Shown: positions 21,752-31,821, counted from the first letter of the stretch. The stretch is 64,000 bases of DNA from Thalassobaculaceae bacterium (GCA_965228875.1 OZ245843.1:726616-790615), one strand, 5' to 3'. The notes: generated from the letters alone by a model not told the origin. Numbers and translations are program-made.

Positions 21752-22657
21752 CTAGGGATCCAGAACGCCGGGCCGGTATGTCGACTTCAGGAAGTCCAGA
21801 AGCGCCCGGATTCGGGGGACGGATTGCCGGCCCGGTTGAACCAGAGCCGTGATCGGTTGCTCCGCCGGGTCGTGTGTCGCCGTCAGGATCGGCACCAGGC
21901 GACCGGCTTCCAGCGCGTCCGCCCCGAGAAAATCGCCCAGCCGAATGATGCCCGCCCCCGCCAGCGCCGCGTGCAGGAGAGTCTCGGCGCTGTCCGACGT
22001 CAGACTGCCGCTTACCGACACGGTGGTCGCTCTGCCGTTCTCCCGGAAGGGCCATGCTGCCTGATGCGGAAAGCCGCTCAGCAGGAGGCAGTTGTGGTCA
22101 TGAAGATCTTGTGCGGATTGAGGCTCTCCGTGCTCCGCCAGATAGGCGGGGCTCGCCGCCAGGACGCGGGTGACTTTGCCCAGCGGGATGGCGAGAAGAT
22201 TGCTGTCGGCCAGGTCGCCCACGCGGATCGTCACATCCGCCTGCCCGGCGATTGGATCGACCCGTTGGTCCGTGACCGCGATGTGGAGCGATATGGAGGG
22301 GAACCGCGCCTGAAACTCGGCGACGACCGGTGCCAGCTTGTGATTGGCGAAGGCCGTGCCGCAGTTCACGCGGATCTGCCCGCGCGGTGTCCCGGCGGCG
22401 TCGGACAGCTCGCCGCTGGCGATCTCGATTGCTTCCAGAATGGATCGCGCGCGCGGCAGGAACGTCTCCCCTTCCGGGGTCAAAGACAGGTGCCGCGTTG
22501 AGCGAAAGAACAGTTTGGCGCCGAGGCGGTCCTCCAGCCGAGAAACCATGCGGGAGACGCCGGACGACGTGTATCCGGTGTCGTATGCCACGGCGGCGAA
22601 CGACCCGCGTTCCACCACGCGCACGAAGGTTTCGATCTCGGGAGCGAGGTGGTTCAT
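21752..22657 (-). CDS. LysR family transcriptional regulator
   Basis: FVRVVERGSFAAVA..SSGVSRMVSRLEDRLGAKLFFRSTRHLSLTPEG. Confidence 0.95.
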   Translation of the reverse strand: MNHLAPEIETFVRVVERGSFAAVAYDTGYTSSGVSRMVSRLEDRLGAKLFFRSTRHLSLTPEGETFLPRARSILEAIEIASGELSDAAGTPRGQIRVNCGTAFANHKLAPVVAEFQARFPSISLHIAVTDQRVDPIAGQADVTIRVGDLADSNLLAIPLGKVTRVLAASPAYLAEHGEPQSAQDLHDHNCLLLSGFPHQAAWPFRENGRATTVSVSGSLTSDSAETLLHAALAGAGIIRLGDFLGADALEAGRLVPILTATHDPAEQPITALVQPGRQSVPRIRALLDFLKSTYRPGVLDP

Positions 22658-22766
22658 CGTTTCAAAACTTCCAGGCAAGTCTGAAGCGCAAATTATGTTG
22701 TATTGCGGAAAATACGTCAACAGTAGGGTGGTCGACATACCTTTGATCACGTCACCGGAATGAAAC

Positions 22767-23156
22767 ATGCCGTTCAACAAGCTTCACGTACCGCAGGCGC
22801 TGCCGACGCAGACCGTCCATCAGATCAACGACCTGCTACACGACAGCCTGGTCGAAACCTGCGCGGTTAATCCCGACGACTACTTCTGCCTCGTTTCCCG
22901 ATACGCACCGCAAGACATGATCCTCCATCCGACCTACCTGGGGGACAGGGACGTGGCTGCGACGATCATCATCGACATCACTCTGTTGGCGGGACGTTCC
23001 GACGATCAGAAGGAAGCGCTCTACGCCGATGTCAGGACGCGGTTGGAGGCCATCGGTTTCCCGCCTCAGAACTCCATCATCTACCTCACGGAGAACGGTC
23101 CGATCGACTGGTCGTTCAGCCCGACGGGTTCCGTGAAGAAGCTGCTCGGCCCGTAA
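22767..23156 (+). CDS. Tautomerase family protein
   Basis: Pro after Met (MPF), GRSDDQKEALY, DWSF; divergent from LysR. Confidence 0.85.
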   Translation: MPFNKLHVPQALPTQTVHQINDLLHDSLVETCAVNPDDYFCLVSRYAPQDMILHPTYLGDRDVAATIIIDITLLAGRSDDQKEALYADVRTRLEAIGFPPQNSIIYLTENGPIDWSFSPTGSVKKLLGP

Positions 23157-23206
23157 GCGGACGACCTGAACGCCGCAAACTCGTCGATGGTCGACCCCCA
23201 GCCCCC

Positions 23207-24214
23207 TTACACCGGATCGCGGATCAGCGGCATGGTGGAGCAGTGGATGCCGCCGCCGTTCAGCATCATTTTCTCGTAATCGATCGTGGTCCACGTCACC
23301 CCGGCGGCCGCCAGCTTGTCGAGGGTCTCGTTGGTGCCGCCCCTCGGCATGATGAGCCGGCCCGGTGCCACGGCGAGCGAGTTGATGATCGCGCGGTTGT
23401 CGGCCGGGCTGATCTCGATGGTCCGGATGCCCTTCTCCTTCAGGGTCTCCAGGAACGAGTAGGGCAGGCGGTCCTGGTCGATCAGGGCGAGGTCCCTGTC
23501 GACCATGAGAAACTGGCCGTCGATATGGATGTCGTGGCCGGGCAGGTCGATCGCCAGCAGCTCCACCCCCTGGGTGGCCAGCACCTCGGCGATCTGCCGG
23601 GCGGCCTCCCGGTTCACGCGGATGCCGCAGCCGACCACAGCCGTCTTGGCATCGAGCCAGGCGAAGCTGCCGCCCTCGAACAGTGCCGTGCCGGTGAGGG
23701 TGCGCAGGATCGGGATGCCGAGCTCGGCCAGCGTGCGGGTGATGGCCAGCACCTCGCCCCGGCGGATGCGCGCACCCATGCGGCTGATGATGGCCCCGCC
23801 CTTGACCATGACGAACGGGTCGCGGGTGTAGCAGGACTTCAGCCGCCCGTCGGTCACGCCCTGGACCTCGAACACCTCCACACCTTCGGCCTTCAGCGCC
23901 GCCACCAGCGCGTCGTGCTGGGCCCGCATCTCGTCGAAATCGGGCACGCTTTCGCTCTGGAAGTACCAGCCGTGCTCGACATTGCCGAAGGAGCCGGTGG
24001 CGGCGATGCGCTGGGTGGGGTCGACCACGTCCATCTCCGGACCCGGCCGATGGACCATGACCGCGCGCAAACGGCCGATATCGTTGTCCACACCCCAGTT
24101 GCGGCCCCAGATGGACGTCATCTCGCCCTCGGTGTGGAAGGCGGGCTCGGCGGGGGCGGCAAAGATCCGGATGGTCTCGTTGTAGACCCAGTGGGCGGAA
24201 GGCTTGTCGGTCAC
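23207..24214 (-). CDS. Amidinotransferase / DDAH / arginine deiminase family protein
   Basis: YTRDP, LFEGG, HID, C-terminal GGGIHCST with catalytic Cys. Confidence 0.88.
   Translation of the reverse strand: MTDKPSAHWVYNETIRIFAAPAEPAFHTEGEMTSIWGRNWGVDNDIGRLRAVMVHRPGPEMDVVDPTQRIAATGSFGNVEHGWYFQSESVPDFDEMRAQHDALVAALKAEGVEVFEVQGVTDGRLKSCYTRDPFVMVKGGAIISRMGARIRRGEVLAITRTLAELGIPILRTLTGTALFEGGSFAWLDAKTAVVGCGIRVNREAARQIAEVLATQGVELLAIDLPGHDIHIDGQFLMVDRDLALIDQDRLPYSFLETLKEKGIRTIEISPADNRAIINSLAVAPGRLIMPRGGTNETLDKLAAAGVTWTTIDYEKMMLNGGGIHCSTMPLIRDPV
23212..23277. repeat. Direct repeat copy B, within the 3' end of the amidinotransferase gene
   Basis: Encodes ...LNGGGIHCSTMPLIRDP; matches 21631-21696. Confidence 0.92.
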
Positions 24215-24581
24215 GGTCGTCCCCTCGGTGGTGGTGGTCGCAAGACGGGTCGGTCGATGGCGCCACTGGCCATCGTCATCGGCGGAGGTGCGGTCTGCTG
24301 TCGGTGCCGGGCAGGGAGCCGGGCGGGGGGACCGGCCACCTTTCGGTTGGAAGCGAAGGGTATTGTCGCAACGGATGTCGCGGCGCGCCAGCCCGATACT
24401 GCAGCGGCGCCCTCGCCGGGCCCGGCCGCTCCGGGCACCAAGATTGTGCGAAAATTCGACGGTTCGGCGCAATTTTTGCGGTCTTCTAACGCCGTTTTGA
24501 CGGCTGGATGACGGCATCTCCCTAGCCTGAGGTCAATCGGCGGCGTCCCGCTGGCGTCGCCCGGACCAGGAGGCTGAGACG

Positions 24582-25793
24582 ATGACCGAACGGACAGAGA
24601 TTGGATCGCGGGGGTGGGGACTCAAGGCGCGGGGCCGAATGCATCGCGTCGCCGTGTCGGGGCTGATGGCCGGGGCCCTGTGCTCGTGCACGGCGCTGAC
24701 CGACCCGTATGTCGTCATGGGGACGGACGTGCCGGCAACGCCGGGTTTCGAGGAGGCGGCCAGGTTCGCCCGCGACAAGGCGGCCGAGTTCGACAGTCGC
24801 GCGGCGGATCTCGCGCGTCTCGATCTCGGCACCGGCAGCCTGATATTCGGCAGTGCGATCGCCGGGCTCGGCTTCGCGGCGTTCGGCGCGCATTCCGATG
24901 CGATCATCGGCGCCGGTCTCGCCGGCGGCGCCGGTGCCGGGGCCAGGAGCTTCGCGCCGATCAGCACGCGCATCGACGCCTACAAGATGGGATCGAGCGC
25001 GCTGCATTGCGCCGTGACCACGATCGCGTTGGGGCTCTCCAGCGACGCCAAGGGACGGACGGGCGACCCGTCCAGCGGAACCGTCTTTCGCGTGGGGCCG
25101 GCCGTCGACGGCGACGACGGCGATCCCCTGCGCGGTTATCTGCAGCAGCTCTCGCGGTCGCGCAACGCGACAGGTCGCAGCCGCTTATCGGGCGATCCGG
25201 GCGCCACGGGACTGAAGGCGCGCGCGGATGCGATGCAGGCGGACGCGGCTCGCTCCGGGCGCGTCGGTCTCGTCGCCGACCTGGCCGACGTCAAGGCCGA
25301 ACTGCGGCTTCTCGACCGGGCGACGCGAAGGGTCGATGCGGCGGCACGAGACCTCGAGTCAGCCACGGCCGCGGCACTCGACACCCGGGGGCAACGCCTG
25401 ATGGGCGCGACGGGAGCCATCATTGCGGCGGTGACGGATCAGATCTCGGCGGCGCGGCTCGATCCCGACGCCGCGGTCAAGGCTCTGCGCTCCGGATCCG
25501 CCGCCATGGCCAAGGAGATCCGCGAGGCGGCGGCGGAGCTGAAGGCAGCCGCGGCCGAGGCCGAGGCCCAGACGGAGAAGACCGACGACGCGCTGTCCGA
25601 TGCCAAGGCAGAGGGCATGGGCGCCGGTGCGGCCGGCGTCGAGGGCGAGGTCGACGCGCTGGCCGGCGAGGTCGCCGGTCAGGCGGCGGAGGTCAGCCGC
25701 GTGGCCCTCATCGCCGAGACGATCCGGGAACTCGTCTCGTTGAGCACCCGATGCCTCGGCGTCGAGGACGGTGGCGACGACGGGGATGGTTGA
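24582..25793 (+). CDS. Hypothetical protein, probable lipoprotein with Gly-rich hydrophobic hairpin and Ala-rich helices
   Basis: AGGAGG RBS; lipobox-like GALCSC; hydrophobic GSLIFGSAIAGLGFAAFG...GAGLAGGAGAG. Confidence 0.65.
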   Translation: MTERTEIGSRGWGLKARGRMHRVAVSGLMAGALCSCTALTDPYVVMGTDVPATPGFEEAARFARDKAAEFDSRAADLARLDLGTGSLIFGSAIAGLGFAAFGAHSDAIIGAGLAGGAGAGARSFAPISTRIDAYKMGSSALHCAVTTIALGLSSDAKGRTGDPSSGTVFRVGPAVDGDDGDPLRGYLQQLSRSRNATGRSRLSGDPGATGLKARADAMQADAARSGRVGLVADLADVKAELRLLDRATRRVDAAARDLESATAAALDTRGQRLMGATGAIIAAVTDQISAARLDPDAAVKALRSGSAAMAKEIREAAAELKAAAAEAEAQTEKTDDALSDAKAEGMGAGAAGVEGEVDALAGEVAGQAAEVSRVALIAETIRELVSLSTRCLGVEDGGDDGDG

Positions 25794-25854
25794 CGGCGAG
25801 GGTTGACGGCGGTCGGCGCCGCCCCAGGCGCAGGTGAGACATCAGGAGGGAACC

Positions 25855-27366
25855 ATGCGTGCGATCGGACTTCTTGCATTCCTGCTCGCTGCGGGCGGTC
25901 AGCTGACCGGCGGGCCGGCGACCGCACAGAGTTTCGGCAGTGGTGGTGGCGGCGGAGCCGGCTCGGGCTTCTCGGGCTCCGTCTCTTCCGGTTTCGTCTC
26001 TTCGGGCTCCGTCAGCTCGATGCCGACAGGTCGAGGAGTGTCGATCCCTCGGCCGGTTGAGGTGGCTCCGCCGGTGGATCGGCGGGTCGCACCGCAGCCC
26101 TCGGGAAGCGAGCGCGTCGCCCCTGTTTCCGGCGGCGACGCCGGCGCGGCGGATTTCAGTCGCGCTCTCGCCGCCGAGGACCTGCGTCGGATCGATCCGG
26201 CCGTCCTCGCGCCGGCCTATGACGTGAGCGTGGACGACGCGAAGCTGCTCCAAAACCTGCAACTCGGGATCGGTGGCGTGCAGGGCGCCAGGCTCCTGCC
26301 GCCGGTACAGGGCTCTGACAATATCGGAATTTCGATCGGCGCCTCGACACTGACCGTCGACAAGACGTTACTGCCGGCCCTTGCCCCGGCGCTGCCGGCC
26401 TTCGTCAAAGCGGCACTGGGGGACTCGACCATCCTGATCCGCCATGGCGATCCGGTCGACGACGTGCCGGCCGAGGTGCTGCCGGTCCCGGTCGTCGGCG
26501 GCGGAGAAGGTTCCGCGGGCTCGGGTGGCGGGGTGGGCCAGCCGGCTAGGGTCTGCGCCAGCGAGGCGGAGTGTCTCCTGCCGACGGTCGCCCTGCATAG
26601 CCGCCACCGGGTGTTCTGCTCGGGCGCGCTGATCGCTCCGAAATGGGTGCTGACCGCCGCCCATTGCCTGTGTGGCCCGGGGATCACCCACGCCACCGCC
26701 GGCAGCCGGGTACCTCTCGGAAATGGCGCCAGTACGCCCAGAGACACCGTGACCGTCAGTCTGAGCAGACGAAAGGTGTTCTTCGACGATCGGTTCTGCC
26801 CGGCCTTCAGGACGAAGCCGGACGATGTGGCGACCTACGCGCTCACCGACCTGGCGCTGGTAGAACTGACCAATCCGCTTCAGGCAGGGACCGTGTCGCC
26901 CTTCGCCACGATCGGTCGGCCCGAAGAGGCCTCGATGAGTTCCATTCTCCAGATCGCCGGGTTCGGCGCGCGGGAGAACGACGTACGGGGCGGCGAGAAA
27001 TACGTCGCCGGAATCGCGGTCTCCAGCGTGGACTGCACCGAAGTCCTCGACGATGGCCATACCGCGGCGGCCCGGTTCGGCTGCGTGGCGGGGCGCGAAC
27101 TCGTGGCGATCGACGGAAGTCTGCGCAAGGACAGTTGCCACGGAGACAGTGGCGCTCCGACCTACACCCGACTGAGCGACGGTCGCCTTGTGGTGGTCGC
27201 GATCGTCTCGCGCGGCCTTCTGGTCGAATGCGGGCCGGGCGGGATCTACACGCTCGTCGCCGCCGACAGGGCGCACGAATGGATTCGCAAGCACGTGCCG
27301 GAGGCCGTGTTTTCCGAAGGAACCGTCGCGGTTGCGGCGGAATTCACCACCAACAACCCAGGCTAG
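25855..27366 (+). CDS. Secreted trypsin-like (S1) serine protease with long N-terminal extension
   Basis: Signal peptide; LTAAHC, DLALVEL, DSCHGDSGAP; AGGAGG RBS. Confidence 0.9.
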   Translation: MRAIGLLAFLLAAGGQLTGGPATAQSFGSGGGGGAGSGFSGSVSSGFVSSGSVSSMPTGRGVSIPRPVEVAPPVDRRVAPQPSGSERVAPVSGGDAGAADFSRALAAEDLRRIDPAVLAPAYDVSVDDAKLLQNLQLGIGGVQGARLLPPVQGSDNIGISIGASTLTVDKTLLPALAPALPAFVKAALGDSTILIRHGDPVDDVPAEVLPVPVVGGGEGSAGSGGGVGQPARVCASEAECLLPTVALHSRHRVFCSGALIAPKWVLTAAHCLCGPGITHATAGSRVPLGNGASTPRDTVTVSLSRRKVFFDDRFCPAFRTKPDDVATYALTDLALVELTNPLQAGTVSPFATIGRPEEASMSSILQIAGFGARENDVRGGEKYVAGIAVSSVDCTEVLDDGHTAAARFGCVAGRELVAIDGSLRKDSCHGDSGAPTYTRLSDGRLVVVAIVSRGLLVECGPGGIYTLVAADRAHEWIRKHVPEAVFSEGTVAVAAEFTTNNPG

Positions 27367-27377
27367 GAGGAAACGTC

Positions 27378-28376
27378 ATGAAACGCATCGCGACCTTTGT
27401 CTTCACCGCCGCCCTGGCGGCTGGCGTGACGGCCGACGCCGTCGCCCAAAGCGCAGAGCGCAGCGCCCGGGCACTCCAGAACGAGACCGCGCGCTCGGTG
27501 TCTCTCAACATGTACCGCACCGGTGCGTCGAAGACGGAGATGGCTCGCTTCGGCCCGCGCATCATCAACGGTCAGCCGGTCGCTCAGGAGTCGGGGGACT
27601 GGGCCTGGGCGGTCTCCATCCAGACCCAGGATGGCCGGCACTTCTGTGGCGGTTCGCTGGTGGCGCCGCGGCTGCAGAACGGCAGCGTGGTGGAGTGGGT
27701 CGGCGATGACCGCAACCCGCTCTGGGTGGTCACCGCCGCACACTGTGTCGTCAACCGAGACGGATCGGTCGTCGATCCTGCCGAGTTGAAGGTGCAGAGC
27801 GGGAACGTGTCCCTGATCGCCGATCCGCGCGTTCGTCAGAACGTGCGCAAGGTCCTGGTGCACGAAGACTACGACAACGTGTCCCTGACCAACGACATCG
27901 CCCTGTTGAAGCTGGAACCGGCGGACTCTGTGCCCAACGACGTCGTCCGGACATCGATCCGACTGGCCGATGGGCTGGACCGGGCCTGGCTGTACAAGGA
28001 CTACGCGGCCCTGACCGTCTCCGGTTGGGGGCGGACACAGAGCGGGCCGATCTCCTCGACCCTGGAGCGCGTGGTCGTGCCGTATGTCGATGCCGGCACC
28101 TGTGCGGACGCCTACGCCATCCAGAACGAGTCCATCGCGCCCGGCATGTTGTGCGCTGGTTTCAGCAGCGGCGGCTACGACTCCTGCCAGGGCGACAGCG
28201 GCGGCGGCCTCGTGTTCCGACCGGCCCGCGTGTTCGGCGACCCGGTGAACGACCCGGTACTGGCCGGCGTGGTGAGCTGGGGGATCGGCTGCGCCCGTCC
28301 GGATCTGTACGGCGTCTATTCCAACGCACTCAGCTTCCGCCGCTGGCTTGAAGTCACGGTGGCGAAGAACAGCTGA
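27378..28376 (+). CDS. Secreted trypsin-like (S1A) serine protease zymogen
   Basis: Signal peptide; R|IING, HFCGGSL, VTAAHC, NDIALLKL, DSCQGDSGG, GVVSWGIGC. Confidence 0.93.
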   Translation: MKRIATFVFTAALAAGVTADAVAQSAERSARALQNETARSVSLNMYRTGASKTEMARFGPRIINGQPVAQESGDWAWAVSIQTQDGRHFCGGSLVAPRLQNGSVVEWVGDDRNPLWVVTAAHCVVNRDGSVVDPAELKVQSGNVSLIADPRVRQNVRKVLVHEDYDNVSLTNDIALLKLEPADSVPNDVVRTSIRLADGLDRAWLYKDYAALTVSGWGRTQSGPISSTLERVVVPYVDAGTCADAYAIQNESIAPGMLCAGFSSGGYDSCQGDSGGGLVFRPARVFGDPVNDPVLAGVVSWGIGCARPDLYGVYSNALSFRRWLEVTVAKNS

Positions 28377-28803
28377 TCGAACCGCAATCCCGCAGGAGTC
28401 GGCCATGATCCATCCCGCCAGATACGCACTTCGCCAGCCGTTGGCGACCGTGCAGAAGCGCGCGGACCCGACGGATCGACGGAGGGGTATCTCCCGGCCC
28501 CTCCGGGTCGGCTTCCTGCGGCTCCGGCACGTGGAGTGGGGAACTGCGGGCCGGGACAAGGGGGCCGGCGGAGGCGTCGCCGGCCCCGCTCTCCTCTGGG
28601 CCGGCACGTCCGCGTCGACACCGGGCTGTCGCGGGCGCGCAACGATCCCTGCGCGACGGAATTCGCGCAGTCAGGGGTATTCCTCCAGCACGAGTTTCAA
28701 AGGCCTTTCTGCATACATTGGCGGCTGCACGGGCCGCAGGCCTTGCCGTAGTAGTATTAATGGCGTCAACCTACCCGCTTTGCAGGGGGGCGCTATCGGA
28801 TCG

Positions 28804-30801
28804 ATGACCAATGATACTGGCATTGCATCTGGCGGCGGGACGGATCGTCCGGTTCGACTGAACCTTCTCGGTGGGTTTCGCCTGGATGTTAATGGCCAGG
28901 CCGTCTTCGGCCTGCCGCTCAAGGCGCGTGCTCTCCTTGCGTATCTCGCGGTCAGTCGCGGGCGGCCCGTCACACGTGACAAGATCGCCGAGCTACTCTG
29001 GCCGGGCCAGGATGCGGACCGGGCCCGGAACAGCCTGCGCCAGCTTCTCTACACCTTCTATCGCACCTGCCCGGGTGAGCTTCGGGTGCTGATCGACCGG
29101 GACGGTGAGCTTTCGATCGATCTCGATCTCGTCGATTGCGATGCGGTGTCGTTGCTGTCCGGCGACGTGGACGGCGAGGTCGAGAAGCTCCGGGCCGTGG
29201 CGGCGCAGTACGACGGCCCGCTGCTCGATGGACTGAAGACCGTTTCCGAGGATTTCGACGACTGGCTTGCGGTCATGCGGTCGGCCCTGGAGGCGCGGGT
29301 GCTGACTCTCTGCGCCGGCCTGGTCGAGGCGGCGATGACGAGCCGGCACTACGCCGATGCGGTTACCGCCGCCGAGCAGATGGTGGCGATCGACCCGCTG
29401 CGCGAGGACAGCCACCGTCTGCTTATGAGAGCCCTTGGCGCGGCCGGGCGCAGGAGCGATGCGATCCGCCATTTTGCCCGCCTACGGGACCTGCTGCGGC
29501 GTGAACTCGATGTCGAACCGGCGCCGGAGACCCGTGCCGTTGTGGATGGTCTGAGCCAGGCGGACGTGCCGGATCGCCCAGTCCCGGCGGCACGCGTTGC
29601 GGACAACCGGCGGCCGATGATCGCCGTTCTGCCGTTCGACCAGTTCGGTGAGAAGGTCCTGGCGAAGCATCTGTCCGACGGGCTGGTCGCGGACGTCATC
29701 TCGCAGTTGTCCGGCCTGAGGGACCTCAGCGTCATCTCCCACGGGTCGACCATGGATCTGCCGGGCGACGCCCGCCCTCTTGAGCTGTCGCGCAACCTCG
29801 GAGCGCGATATGTCGTCCGCGGCGGGGTTCGCCGCGCGCATGATGAAATCCGGCTGACGACGGAACTGGTGGACGGCGAGAGCGGAGCGGTCGTCGGGTC
29901 TTTCATCGCGACCGTATCGGATCGGTTCTCCTTCACGGACCAGGATCGGATCGTGGCCCACACGGTCAACACCCTGGCGCCCAGGGTGCAGGATCTGGAA
30001 CTGCAGCGTATCCGTGGCCGGCGACCGAACAGCCTCTCCGCCTATGAGAAGACCCTGCTGGCCCGCAGTCTGATGACGTCGAGCGACGAGATCGAATACG
30101 CCGAAGCCAAGAGCCTGATAGACGATGTGATCGCCCTCGAGCCGAGCTACGCCGAGGCCTACGCCCTGGCCGCGGACTGGCATGGCGTCTTGATCGCCGA
30201 GGGGCGCGGGGAGACGGAACGCGAAAGCGGGATCGCGGAGGTCGAGCGCCTGGCGCGCACCGCTCTGCGGCTCGACGGCAACAACATTCGCGCGCTGGTG
30301 TTCTACGGCCATCGTCGCTCGCTGTTCCACCGGGACTACGCCGGCGCGAAGGACCTGTTTCGCCGCGCCCTGGAAGTGGCGCCGCATTCCACCGACGCGT
30401 TGCGCTGGAGCAGCCTGACCTACAGTTTCGTCGGTGAGGCGGAAGAGGCGGTCAGGAGAGCCTCCAAGGCACTTGAACTGTCGCCCCGCGATCGCGATGC
30501 GCACAGTTTTCTCCTGGCGCTCTGTCTCGCCCACTACACGGCCGGCGCCTTTGAAACCGCTGCCGATTTCGGTCTCCGCGCGATGGCGACGCCACCGGTG
30601 CTGCCGAGCACCGGTGGCTGGACCGCCGCCTCGCTGGTGGCGGCCGGGCGCGAGCGTGAGGCGCGGGACGTCGCCCGTCTCACCATGGAGATGTCGCCGC
30701 AGCGACGGGTACGCACGATCGTCGCCCGTCACCCTTACGCCGAGGCGGAGCGCCGGGCGGCGTATGGCCGTCACCTGCTGGCGGCAGGATTTCCCGAGTA
30801 G
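28804..30801 (+). CDS. SARP-like wHTH-BTAD regulator with TolB-N-like and TPR domains
   Basis: LNLLGGF..KARALLAYL..RDKIAELLW, DPLREDSHRLLM, IAVLPF..LSVISHGS, TPR-like helices. Confidence 0.88.
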   Translation: MTNDTGIASGGGTDRPVRLNLLGGFRLDVNGQAVFGLPLKARALLAYLAVSRGRPVTRDKIAELLWPGQDADRARNSLRQLLYTFYRTCPGELRVLIDRDGELSIDLDLVDCDAVSLLSGDVDGEVEKLRAVAAQYDGPLLDGLKTVSEDFDDWLAVMRSALEARVLTLCAGLVEAAMTSRHYADAVTAAEQMVAIDPLREDSHRLLMRALGAAGRRSDAIRHFARLRDLLRRELDVEPAPETRAVVDGLSQADVPDRPVPAARVADNRRPMIAVLPFDQFGEKVLAKHLSDGLVADVISQLSGLRDLSVISHGSTMDLPGDARPLELSRNLGARYVVRGGVRRAHDEIRLTTELVDGESGAVVGSFIATVSDRFSFTDQDRIVAHTVNTLAPRVQDLELQRIRGRRPNSLSAYEKTLLARSLMTSSDEIEYAEAKSLIDDVIALEPSYAEAYALAADWHGVLIAEGRGETERESGIAEVERLARTALRLDGNNIRALVFYGHRRSLFHRDYAGAKDLFRRALEVAPHSTDALRWSSLTYSFVGEAEEAVRRASKALELSPRDRDAHSFLLALCLAHYTAGAFETAADFGLRAMATPPVLPSTGGWTAASLVAAGREREARDVARLTMEMSPQRRVRTIVARHPYAEAERRAAYGRHLLAAGFPE

Positions 30802-30863
30802 CCGTCTGACGGCCGGGTTCCGCCGGACCGACAGCGGCAAAACACAGCGAGAAGGAGGGAACG

Positions 30864-31760
30864 ATGTTGGTTCGGATCGATGACGGCGGACAAAGCGGCG
30901 GCCAGAGCGGTGGTCAGAGTGGAGGCCAGAGCGGCGGTCTCATGCTCGGGCGTCCGCTGGACGAACTCGTGGAGGGCCGTCATCTCGGCCTGATCGGCGC
31001 GGCGCTTCCCGGATGGAGCGAGACATTCAAGGTTTCGGACATGCCGATGGTGACCGGCACCCGCTTCCCGATGGGGGGGTGGGACGCGCTGCATCGCGCG
31101 AAGGCGGTCACGGCTGCGTTCCTGGCTACCGGAAACTGGGTCGATGATTGCGATCCGGGCGCGCCGGACGATTCTCCGGACACGTTGCGCAAGGAACTCA
31201 AGGTTCTCGAGACGCTCAGCCGTAACAGCAGCGACAAGCGGGTCGACGAGACCGTGGCCCAAGCCGTCAGCATCCTGCCCTACTGGACCAACCTGCTCCA
31301 GTGCACGAGCTCCTCTCGCCCGGCTACGTGGGCACTGGTGCTGGCGGCCCATGAGATCGCCGCGTCGGTCGGTTCTCACTACAAGTTGCGGTACATGCGG
31401 GCTCGGCCGGCCCAGGTCTACACCAAGCTGGCTCCGAAGATCGCCACGCCCGCGCACCCGTCGTATCCGAGCGGCCATGCGCTGCAGGCATTTCTGATCG
31501 CGCAATGCGTCGTGCGGGCAGCCCCGGGAATGGAACGGCCGGCCGGTGCCCTGGCCGCGCGCATCGCCGAGAACCGCGAGTTCATCGGCGTCCACTATCC
31601 GAGCGATACCGAGGCCAGCAAGTCCATCGCGGCCGCTCTCGAGGGGCATCTCAAGGGGTTCGAGCCCTACGAAGACCTGCATGCGGCCGCCGCCGCCGAG
31701 TGGGGCGGAGCGGACACGGCATCCGGTCCCGTGAGGGACTTGGCGCCGCACGAGCGATAG
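30864..31760 (+). CDS. PAP2 superfamily acid phosphatase / vanadium haloperoxidase-like protein
   Basis: K-x4-R-x-RP, HPSYPSGH, RE..GVHYPSD motifs; N-terminal (GGQS)4. Confidence 0.82.
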   Translation: MLVRIDDGGQSGGQSGGQSGGQSGGLMLGRPLDELVEGRHLGLIGAALPGWSETFKVSDMPMVTGTRFPMGGWDALHRAKAVTAAFLATGNWVDDCDPGAPDDSPDTLRKELKVLETLSRNSSDKRVDETVAQAVSILPYWTNLLQCTSSSRPATWALVLAAHEIAASVGSHYKLRYMRARPAQVYTKLAPKIATPAHPSYPSGHALQAFLIAQCVVRAAPGMERPAGALAARIAENREFIGVHYPSDTEASKSIAAALEGHLKGFEPYEDLHAAAAAEWGGADTASGPVRDLAPHER

Positions 31761-31769
31761 AGCGCGATC

Positions 31770-31794
31770 GGCTCAGATCGAATAGATCTGAGCC
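31770..31794. terminator. Hairpin between convergent genes (GGCTCAGATC-N5-GATCTGAGCC)
   Basis: Perfect 10-bp inverted repeat; no clear U tract. Confidence 0.55.
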
Positions 31795-31821
31795 ATGAAT
31801 CTCGCTCGAAGCCATTCCGCT

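Noticed and set aside
21631..23277. IS element or prophage attL/attR
   Set aside because: No transposase, integrase or terminal inverted repeats were found; kept only as an unexplained duplication
24465..24480. Possible sigma-54 promoter CGGCGCAATTTTTGCG before the lipoprotein gene
   Set aside because: GG-N10-GC spacing fits, but the -24 element departs from TGGCAC and no enhancer-binding protein is nearby
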